IMG/VR virus record: IMGVR_UViG_3300027810_000002
Coordinates: 64,001 to 128,000 of that record
Direction: 5' to 3' (one strand)
Length of the DNA stretch: 64,000 bases
Origin: a virus
Part shown: one piece after another, positions 28,832 through 37,076 of the stretch
Position numbering within the stretch: the stretch's first letter is position 1
Layout: the number at the start of each line of letters is the position of its first letter
Translations under genes and position numbers: made by a program
The notes under the pieces: generated by a model
The model's input: only the letters and a program-made list of their open reading frames with translations
The model's database searches: none
Told to the model about the DNA's origin: nothing

Positions 28832-30677
28832 TATCTGTATATGTTATATTTACTGCTCCTTCTTCTTTTCCGAATCTGGATTTTGTGTTAATAGGCCAAT
28901 CTGGATTTTCTGCATAAGCCCAATCATGTTGTCCAAGTTCTTCAAATCTTTCTTTAATTTGTTCGTTATATCTAGATGCGATAGTGCGTGTTCTTCTTTG
29001 TATATCTGCTCTAGATAGATCATGTGTATTTCTATGACCTTGATTACTATATAAAAATTGAATATAGCTTAACTTAGGTATCTTACACATAATAGTGTTT
29101 AAGAATGTTCTAATAATTAATTCGTAATCATCAACAACTGTTAAACTTCTATTGTGTCCTCCAATTGCAAAGTATGTAGATCTTCTCCACGCTCTAATGT
29201 GATTAGGAACTCCAACAATATGTCTAATTGTTTTTGGGTTAATATTTTGCTGATTAGCAGGGCTTAACATTCTACCTTGATATTCTTCTTCTCGATAGTT
29301 ACCATATCCTAATGCAAAACCAGGGCCATATTTTTGATTTTGCCATTGTTCATTTACTTCAGCAGTATCTCCATAAAAGAATCCACACTCTGGGTGTTTT
29401 TGTGCGGCGTTATGTAAATCCTGTGCACATGTTACTGCGAGTAAATCATCGTGATCTAGTTCTGCGATAATATATCCTCTAGCCATTGCATTTGCTCTCC
29501 ACTTGACCTCTCCGATAATCCCACCTGATTTTTCTCTAAAATCGTATAGCTTAACTCTAGGATCATTTGCTGCAATCTGCTCTGCAATCTTAAGTGTTTT
29601 ACCACCGTCAGTTGAATCGTTCATTAATACCCATTCCCAATTATCATAAGTTTGAGCAGCAACTGAGTTATAGGTGTTTATTAACTTTTCACCTGTGTTA
29701 TATATTGGAGTTGTAAAAGATATCATGCTATGATCGTCCATGTTTGTCGGATCTAACATTGCATTTTCAGAAACGTTATACGCAATGTCTCCTATGTTTT
29801 TAAAATCTTCGTCATTATCAATATTGATCCATTTTCTCCTAAATTGAAGAGGTAGTTTTGATAGATATTTAAAATCAGAAGAACTCTTTCCTCGAGTTAC
29901 TATTGCATCTGGTTTAAAACTGGATATTTTTTTTCTAATATCAGTATCATCCTTTGTATATTTAACCTCTAAGTTGTCATCCTCGTAATCGAGCACTTTA
30001 GTGGTTTTTATTACTGGTTCTCCAGGGCCTATGTATAAAATTCTAGGTAGTTTAGGTGTTGATACTTTTTCTAGTTGATTGTAATATGAAAGAATTTCAT
30101 TAATCCAAACAAATGTATCTGGGTGTTTCTTATATACTTCCTCGATAAAGAAACCATCAGCTGCATAATCTGCCGTGAAACCATATTTTTCAAAAAGCTC
30201 TGATCTAAATAATATTTGAGCTATGTCTGTTTTTCTGAAACCGGTAGATTCTGGAGTAGCTTCTCTATATTTTAATCCGGTAAAATCTTTACCATCTACT
30301 GACTGGCCAACCATTATAATTTTCTTTTCATAATTTATAGGTAGCGTTGCAAAGTCCTCAACTCTTTGATAAAATTCAGGGTGCATTATATTGTCGTCAT
30401 CTAGTAAATAAAACCAAGAATGTTTTAGGCTTTTTATTAAATCAGTTGTTTCAGGGTACATCATACCGCCTAACTGTCCTTTAATAAAATGAATTGTTGT
30501 GTTTGCTTGATCTAATTCAGATAAAATATTTGCATCAATATCCTTTAATGCCCTTGTATCAAATATAACATGCCAATGTATTTCTACTCCTCTTGTTTTA
30601 GAAGTGTCGAATACCGTTGGTTGTATTTTTAATAAATTAGATGTTCTAGTACATCTTGTGATTACGTTAATTTTCAT
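28824..30677 (-). CDS. Two-domain GT2 glycosyltransferase
   Basis: N-terminal GT-A (LLDDDN) and C-terminal GT2 (TPIYNT, QTYDNWEWVLMND, ELDHDD, DDYEL). Confidence 0.85.
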   Translation of the reverse strand: MKINVITRCTRTSNLLKIQPTVFDTSKTRGVEIHWHVIFDTRALKDIDANILSELDQANTTIHFIKGQLGGMMYPETTDLIKSLKHSWFYLLDDDNIMHPEFYQRVEDFATLPINYEKKIIMVGQSVDGKDFTGLKYREATPESTGFRKTDIAQILFRSELFEKYGFTADYAADGFFIEEVYKKHPDTFVWINEILSYYNQLEKVSTPKLPRILYIGPGEPVIKTTKVLDYEDDNLEVKYTKDDTDIRKKISSFKPDAIVTRGKSSSDFKYLSKLPLQFRRKWINIDNDEDFKNIGDIAYNVSENAMLDPTNMDDHSMISFTTPIYNTGEKLINTYNSVAAQTYDNWEWVLMNDSTDGGKTLKIAEQIAANDPRVKLYDFREKSGGIIGEVKWRANAMARGYIIAELDHDDLLAVTCAQDLHNAAQKHPECGFFYGDTAEVNEQWQNQKYGPGFALGYGNYREEEYQGRMLSPANQQNINPKTIRHIVGVPNHIRAWRRSTYFAIGGHNRSLTVVDDYELIIRTFLNTIMCKIPKLSYIQFLYSNQGHRNTHDLSRADIQRRTRTIASRYNEQIKERFEELGQHDWAYAENPDWPINTKSRFGKEEGAVNITYTDNE

Positions 30678-30688
30678 TTAATGTGGTT

Positions 30689-31621
30689 TTATTGTTCAAT
30701 GTCAAAGAAGAACATGTGGAAAAATCTTGCATTATCAATTGCATCTCCAAAGTATTCGGTCGCTGCGTGTAATTGTGATGAGTTAAATATTACTAGTCTA
30801 TTATATACATTTCCAATATCATCAATCTTTTCAAATTGAGTTCCATCGTAGAAATTCATTTCTTTATTAGTACCTCTGAATGTATTTAAATATTCATCTC
30901 CCATTCTAGATTCTTGACCTGGAAACGATGAAATTCCTGTAACTTTACTTCGATACATTGCAGTTCCTGTTTGTGGAGGTGCGTCTGGGGTTAAGTAAAC
31001 CATTGCAGCATACATTTGACTATCTACATGGTATACTATAGGTTGATCTGCAGTACAGAACTGAAACACTCCATTCGCATATCCACCATCATTCCAGTTT
31101 GTTATCTTTCTACCTAGTACTTCTTCAAGTTTTTCCTTAGTGCCATCTATAATATATCTAGATTGAGATCTTTGTCCTTTGTGATATTTAGAAGGTAAAA
31201 ACTCTAAATTGTTCATAGCATATTTTCTGACTAAGTCAGGATCTGCATAGAAATTATCAACAACAATAACATCTTTATCTGTTTTATTAAATCCAGATGA
31301 AGAAGCTGGCCATTTTGCTAAAGAAATAAGTTCAACTGGCGCTGCATCATTTAAACTAATCCATAGTTTTTTCGTAATATCTTCGTGTAGCATCATTATA
31401 TTAAATCCTACATTTTCCGGAATTGTTCCTTTATAAAAAGAAGAAACATCTGATCTCTTTTCCCATGAAATATTCAAGGATTTTCCATCTAATAGAACGT
31501 CAGTTACTATAGTATCTTTAGTTATTGAACCTACCCATCCTCTTACGTACCAATATCCATCGGTGGCTTTTTTAACAGAATCAATGTTTAATTTTACATT
31601 GTTTAAATTAGTTTCGTGCAT
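30689..31621 (-). CDS. Ig-like domain fused to 2OG-Fe(II) oxygenase (DUF6445-like)
   Basis: VRGWV...KRSDV...GF N-domain; VVDNFYADPD, HVD, YNRLVIF, HAA, RFFHMFF. Confidence 0.75.
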   Translation of the reverse strand: MHETNLNNVKLNIDSVKKATDGYWYVRGWVGSITKDTIVTDVLLDGKSLNISWEKRSDVSSFYKGTIPENVGFNIMMLHEDITKKLWISLNDAAPVELISLAKWPASSSGFNKTDKDVIVVDNFYADPDLVRKYAMNNLEFLPSKYHKGQRSQSRYIIDGTKEKLEEVLGRKITNWNDGGYANGVFQFCTADQPIVYHVDSQMYAAMVYLTPDAPPQTGTAMYRSKVTGISSFPGQESRMGDEYLNTFRGTNKEMNFYDGTQFEKIDDIGNVYNRLVIFNSSQLHAATEYFGDAIDNARFFHMFFFDIEQ

Positions 31622-31639
31622 TACTTTAAATTTTAATAA

Positions 31640-31665
31640 TTATACATTAAATGTTTGATTTGTTT
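31640..31665 (-). promoter_or_regulatory. Middle-type promoter AAAC-N17-TATAA
   Basis: Exact spacing shared with seven other intergenic sites. Confidence 0.7.
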
Positions 31666-31674
31666 ATATATTAC

Positions 31675-31704
31675 AAAAAAAAGGATCCCAATGGGATCCT
31701 TTTT
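31675..31704. terminator. Intrinsic terminator after collagen operon
   Basis: aaaaaggatccca-a-tgggatccttttt perfect hairpin with A/T tails. Confidence 0.85.
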
Positions 31705-31730
31705 AATAATAAGTATGTTATTATAAATTA

Positions 31731-34340
31731 TTATGTCGGAGTAATGGTACCACCGCCTTTGAGTCCTCCACCACCGCCTCCGGTTGCTGTAACTAATCCA
31801 TTAACGAATGTGACATTGTGTCCCGTACCGAAGAAAATGGTTTCACTAATAGCACTAATTGTTCCGTTAGTTCCTGGATGTCCTCCATAACCTCGTACAC
31901 CCTGAGGTCCATTTGCTCCAGTTGCTCCTGTAGGCCCTTTATAACCTTGTGGTCCATTTGATCCTGTTGGTCCTCCATTTCCGCCATTTCCTTTTGTTCC
32001 AGTATTACCTTTTGCTCCTTGGAATCCTCTTGGTCCTCCATTTCCAGTAAGTCCTTTATAACCTTGAGGTCCTACTTGTTGATATCCCTGAGATCCTTTA
32101 AGTCCAACTCCTAGACTGCTACCAGTGTTTCCTTGAACTCCTCGAACTGTTCCAGTTGGTCCTTTATAACCAGTAGGTCCTTTATTTCCTGTCCAACCTG
32201 TAATAGTAGTTCCGGTGGTTCCTCTTAATCCCTGAGGTCCTGTATATCCTTGAACTCCTTTTGGACTTGCTCCACCATTACCTTGTGCTCCTTGAGGTCC
32301 AGTATATCCTTTTGCTCCTCCGGGTTGTGATCCTTTAAGACCTTGAGGTCCCTTAGTACCAACTTTACCTTGATATCCCTTAGGCATTGCTCCTTTAGAA
32401 CCCTGAGTTCCTTGGGCTCCTTGTGGTCCTCTATGTCCAGTTAAAGAATCTCCAGTTGGGCCGGTGTTACCGGTTAGTCCTTTATAACCTGTAACTCCTT
32501 TATGTGATGTTGGACGTGCGCCTTGATTTCCTTGTGGTCCTCTTGGTCCAGTGCTTCCGGTTGGTTGTGCTCCTTTATCTCCTTGAGTACCCTGTGCTCC
32601 TTGTGGTCCTCTTGATCCTCCGGGCTGTGCTCCTTTATCTCCTTGGAATCCTCTTGGTCCTGTTAGTCCAATAAATCCTTTTGGCTGAGCTCCTTTATAT
32701 CCTTGAACTCCTTGAGCTCCTTGAACTCCTCTAAATCCTGTTGGATTTGCTCCTTGGAAACCTCTTTCTCCATTAATTCCTTTGAAACCGGTTGCTCCTG
32801 TTGGTGAAGATCCTTGAACTCCTCTTGGTCCAGTACTTCCAATAAATCCAGTATACCCCTTTGGCATTGCTCCTCTAATTCCTTGGAATCCTCTTGGTCC
32901 TGTTGGTCCTGTTGGCGAAGTTGGTCTAGCTCCTTGAAAACCTCTTGGTCCCGTATTTCCAGCATCACCGATAAGTGCGTTATATGCAGGTCCTGTTGGT
33001 CCTGTATATCCTGTTGGTCCGTTTGGTCCTATGTGTCCTTTTGGACTTGCTCCGATATTACCAATTGCTCCTTGAGATCCTTTAAGACCAGTATATCCCT
33101 TTGGACTTGGTCCTGTATATCCTGTTGGTCCGTTTACTCCTTTATCTCCTTGGAATCCTCTATTAGTACTTCCTTGAGATCCTCTAATACCCTGTACTCC
33201 TTGAAACCCTCTTGGTCCTGTTGGTGAATTACCAATAGCTCCTTGAAAACCTCTTGGTCCAGGATCTCCTGTTTGAGCAGCTGGTGTACTTCCAGTATTT
33301 CCTTGAAAACCTCTTTCTCCGTTTAATCCTTTGTCTCCAACTGGATTTGCTCCTTGTGCTCCTTTAAAACCAGGATAACCTTCAGCTCCTTGAAAACCTT
33401 TTGGACTATTTCCAACGTCTCCTTGAAAACCTCTGTCTCCGTTCAATCCTTTGTCTCCAACTGGATTTGCTCCTTGTGCTCCTTTAAAACCAGGATAACC
33501 TTCAGCTCCTTGAAAACCTTTTGGACTATTTCCAACGTCTCCTTGAAAACCTCTGTCTCCAGTTTGTCCTACTTGTGCAGTTTGAGTTGAACCCTGTGCT
33601 CCTTTTAATCCAGTTGCACCCTGTGAACCTTTATGTCCTTTTTGATTTGTACCTGCAGAACCTTGAAATCCTACATGTCCAACAAAACCAGTTGCTCCAC
33701 CAGGGTTTAACCCCGTAGTACCTTGATCTCCTTGAAAACCTCTGAAACCAGTTGCTCCTGTTAATTGATCTCCCTGAAACCCTCTTGGTCCATCAGGTCC
33801 AATATCACCAACGTAAGCTGTAATTACATTACCCTGTGATCCGGTTGAACCTTGATCTCCTTTTAGTCCTTTAAGACCATTAGTTATTTTACCTGCATCT
33901 CCAACTGTTCCTTGATTTCCTCTAAAACCTTCTGGTCCTTCTGGTGAATCTCCAACTGTTCCTTGGAATCCTCTAAAACCTTGATCAGCAGTACCTTTAT
34001 TTCCTTGAAAACCTCGATCTCCTTGAAAACCTATATTACCTTCATAACCTTGATGTCCTTGTGGACTGTCTCCTTGAAAACCTCTGAAACCAGTATCTCC
34101 AACAGGTTCTAAACCCGCAGATCCTTGAACTCCTTTATCTCCTTGAAAACCTCTATCTCCTTGAGAACCTTGAGAACCTTCAATACCTTGAAAACCTTGA
34201 TCTCCTTGAAAACCTTGAGCTCCAACAATACCTTGGTCTCCCTGGTCTCCTTTCAATTCAGGATAGTTATTAGCATCAAAGTTACCAGTATGTAGGGGAG
34301 TTTCTCCCCCTACAAGTGATCCTGTATTTAATTTTGCCAT
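31731..34340 (-). CDS. Collagen-like fibre chain A (periodically interrupted)
   Basis: ~277 GXY triplet-equivalents with a one-residue deficit every 20 aa. Confidence 0.9.
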   Translation of the reverse strand: MAKLNTGSLVGGETPLHTGNFDANNYPELKGDQGDQGIVGAQGFQGDQGFQGIEGSQGSQGDRGFQGDKGVQGSAGLEPVGDTGFRGFQGDSPQGHQGYEGNIGFQGDRGFQGNKGTADQGFRGFQGTVGDSPEGPEGFRGNQGTVGDAGKITNGLKGLKGDQGSTGSQGNVITAYVGDIGPDGPRGFQGDQLTGATGFRGFQGDQGTTGLNPGGATGFVGHVGFQGSAGTNQKGHKGSQGATGLKGAQGSTQTAQVGQTGDRGFQGDVGNSPKGFQGAEGYPGFKGAQGANPVGDKGLNGDRGFQGDVGNSPKGFQGAEGYPGFKGAQGANPVGDKGLNGERGFQGNTGSTPAAQTGDPGPRGFQGAIGNSPTGPRGFQGVQGIRGSQGSTNRGFQGDKGVNGPTGYTGPSPKGYTGLKGSQGAIGNIGASPKGHIGPNGPTGYTGPTGPAYNALIGDAGNTGPRGFQGARPTSPTGPTGPRGFQGIRGAMPKGYTGFIGSTGPRGVQGSSPTGATGFKGINGERGFQGANPTGFRGVQGAQGVQGYKGAQPKGFIGLTGPRGFQGDKGAQPGGSRGPQGAQGTQGDKGAQPTGSTGPRGPQGNQGARPTSHKGVTGYKGLTGNTGPTGDSLTGHRGPQGAQGTQGSKGAMPKGYQGKVGTKGPQGLKGSQPGGAKGYTGPQGAQGNGGASPKGVQGYTGPQGLRGTTGTTITGWTGNKGPTGYKGPTGTVRGVQGNTGSSLGVGLKGSQGYQQVGPQGYKGLTGNGGPRGFQGAKGNTGTKGNGGNGGPTGSNGPQGYKGPTGATGANGPQGVRGYGGHPGTNGTISAISETIFFGTGHNVTFVNGLVTATGGGGGGLKGGGTITPT

Positions 34341-34380
34341 GTTATTTTTATTCTTTTTTTATATATAATTAACTTATTGA

Positions 34381-37041
34381 TTATACTATGAATCCGTTTG
34401 TTACAGTAAATGGTGTACCATTGTCATCTACAAAAAATCCATTAAAACCATTACCAGTAGGTCCAGATCCAGGCCACCCAGCATAACCGATTTTACCCTG
34501 AGGTCCAAAGTTAGTTGGTCCATTACTTCCAGTTGCTCCTCTTGCTCCTGTTGATCCAGATCCTCCAGAAGATCCTTGAGCTCCTCTTGGTCCTGTTGAT
34601 CCTACTAAACCTTGATATCCTGTAGATCCTGGAGATGCAGCCTGTCCTTGAAATCCTCTTGAACCTTGAGATCCTGGTATTCCTGTATATCCTTGAAATC
34701 CTCTTGGTCCTGTTGGTGGGGTTGATCCTTTATATCCTGTTGGTCCATTACTACCTTGTGGTCCTCTTGACCCCGTTGGTCCTGTTGAACCTTTAGCTCC
34801 CTGTGGTCCTTTATAACCTTGTGCTCCTTGTGGACCCGTTGGTCCTTTATAACCTCCACCTCCGGTTGCTCCAGTTCCTCCTTGATATCCTCTTGGTCCA
34901 GTATTACCTTGTGCTCCTTGTGTACCTTGGAATCCTGTTATTCCTCTGTCTCCAGTGGCTCCTTGTGGTCCTCTGTCTCCCACTGCTGAAGTAGTTCCAG
35001 TAATACCTTTTTTACCAATAAATCCAGTATAACCTTTTGCTCCAGTTGCTCCCTGTGATCCAGTTGATCCCTGTGCTCCTTGATTTCCTTTAGCTCCAGT
35101 ATTTCCCTGTACTCCTGTTAATCCAGTTGCTCCTTTAAATCCAGTATAACCAGTTACTCCCTGTGCTCCTTGATTTCCTTGTGATCCGTTAACTCCTGTT
35201 TTACCAATAAATCCAGTATAACCTGTTGCTCCGGTAGATCCTTGTGAACCATTAACTCCAGGATAACCAGTTGGTCCCGTTGGTCCTTGATTTCCAACGG
35301 CTCCAGTTCCTCCAGTTACTCCTTTAGCTCCAACAAGTCCAGTATAACCTTTTGCTCCGGTTGCGCCCTGTGCTCCTGTAAATCCAGTAGGTCCTGTTGA
35401 ACCTTTAACTCCTTGTGCTCCTTGTGCTCCTTTTACATTAGTAAATCCTTGAGGTCCCGTTGGTCCTTGAGGACCTGTGTTACCAACATTAGATGTTGTT
35501 CCTGTTAATCCTTTAAAACCAGTAGCTCCTTTTGCTCCTTGTACTCCTTGTACTCCTGTTAATCCTTTATAACCGGTAGCTCCTTTTGCTCCTTGTGCTC
35601 CTTGTGCTCCTTTAGGTCTTTGAGATCCCTGAGGTCCCTGAGCTCCTTTTGCTCCTTGAGAACCTTTATTACCAGTAGCTCCTTTAGCTCCTATTGCTCC
35701 TTGGAATCCTCTTTCACCAAGTTCTCCAGTGTTTCCTATAGTACCCTGAGGTCCAGTTGATCCCTGTGCTCCTTGATTTCCTTTTAATCCTTCAAATCCT
35801 GTTGAACCAACAACTCCTCTATAACCAGTATCTCCTTTGAAACCGGTAAATCCTGTAGCTCCTTTAGCACCTTGTGCTCCAGTAACTCCTTGGAATCCCT
35901 TTGGTCCCGTTGGTCCTTGTGGTCCTCTTCCACCAGATCCACCAGTTAATCCTTGATAACCAGTTGCTCCAGTATTACCTTTAGTTCCTTGATTTCCTTT
36001 AGCTCCAGTATCTCCTTTAAGGCCGTTAATTCCTTTAATACCAACATATCCAGTAGAACCTTTAGCTCCTGTTGCTCCTTGAAAACCTGTTGCTCCAGTA
36101 TTACCCTTAGTTCCTTGATTTCCTTTAGCCCCAGTATCTCCTTTAAGTCCGTTAATTCCTTTAATACCAACATATCCTGTAGAACCTTTAGCTCCTGTTA
36201 CTCCTTGAAAACCTGTTGCTCCAGTAGATCCTTGTGTTCCTTGAGATCCAGTACTTCCTTTATCTCCTGAAAGACCTTGAAATCCTCTTTCACCAGGATC
36301 TCCTGGTAAAGAATCCGAAGCAGTTGCTCCTTTAAATCCTTTTTGTCCTGTTGAACCTTTAGATCCCTGAGATCCTTTAACTCCATTAGTTCCAGGTAAT
36401 CCTTCAAAACCAGTAGATCCTTTAGATCCCTGTGCTCCATTAACTCCGGTAAATCCTTTTAAACCGGTTGAACCTTGCGATCCTTTATTTCCTTTAACTG
36501 ATGTTGCTCCTTTAGCTCCTTGGAATCCTCTTTCTCCAGTATCTCCTTGTGTACCTTGTGTACCTTTAATACCGAGAGAACCTTGACTTCCTTGAAAACC
36601 TCTTTCTCCGTTAATTCCTTTTACACCCTGTGCTCCAGTAGCTCCTTGGAATCCTTGAAGTCCAATAGAACCTTGATCGCCGACTTGTCCTTGATACCCA
36701 TTAGAACCATTAGGACCTAATATACCTGTTATTCCTTTTTCTCCTCTAATTCCAGTTGCACCGGTAAAACCTTGAAGACCATTTGATCCTTGATTACCTT
36801 TACTACCAGTAGATCCTTGATCACCTTGAATACCTTGATAACCATCAGTTCCAACGAAACCTTGATTACCTGTATCACCTTGATGACCGACACTACCGTC
36901 GGATCCAACAGATCCTTGGGATCCTTGAGATCCCAATTCACCGTTTGGTCCAATAAGCTGAGGAAAATTCGTGCTATTAAGGTTACCACTGTGTAATACA
37001 AGATTACTGTCTAACGTAGTACCTAAGATAAATTTTGCCAT
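34381..37041 (-). CDS. Collagen-like fibre chain B
   Basis: ~277 triplets between a 30-aa N-cap and short C-cap. Confidence 0.9.
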   Translation of the reverse strand: MAKFILGTTLDSNLVLHSGNLNSTNFPQLIGPNGELGSQGSQGSVGSDGSVGHQGDTGNQGFVGTDGYQGIQGDQGSTGSKGNQGSNGLQGFTGATGIRGEKGITGILGPNGSNGYQGQVGDQGSIGLQGFQGATGAQGVKGINGERGFQGSQGSLGIKGTQGTQGDTGERGFQGAKGATSVKGNKGSQGSTGLKGFTGVNGAQGSKGSTGFEGLPGTNGVKGSQGSKGSTGQKGFKGATASDSLPGDPGERGFQGLSGDKGSTGSQGTQGSTGATGFQGVTGAKGSTGYVGIKGINGLKGDTGAKGNQGTKGNTGATGFQGATGAKGSTGYVGIKGINGLKGDTGAKGNQGTKGNTGATGYQGLTGGSGGRGPQGPTGPKGFQGVTGAQGAKGATGFTGFKGDTGYRGVVGSTGFEGLKGNQGAQGSTGPQGTIGNTGELGERGFQGAIGAKGATGNKGSQGAKGAQGPQGSQRPKGAQGAQGAKGATGYKGLTGVQGVQGAKGATGFKGLTGTTSNVGNTGPQGPTGPQGFTNVKGAQGAQGVKGSTGPTGFTGAQGATGAKGYTGLVGAKGVTGGTGAVGNQGPTGPTGYPGVNGSQGSTGATGYTGFIGKTGVNGSQGNQGAQGVTGYTGFKGATGLTGVQGNTGAKGNQGAQGSTGSQGATGAKGYTGFIGKKGITGTTSAVGDRGPQGATGDRGITGFQGTQGAQGNTGPRGYQGGTGATGGGGYKGPTGPQGAQGYKGPQGAKGSTGPTGSRGPQGSNGPTGYKGSTPPTGPRGFQGYTGIPGSQGSRGFQGQAASPGSTGYQGLVGSTGPRGAQGSSGGSGSTGARGATGSNGPTNFGPQGKIGYAGWPGSGPTGNGFNGFFVDDNGTPFTVTNGFIV

Positions 37042-37076
37042 GTTATTATTTTTATATTTTTATTTGTTTTATATTG

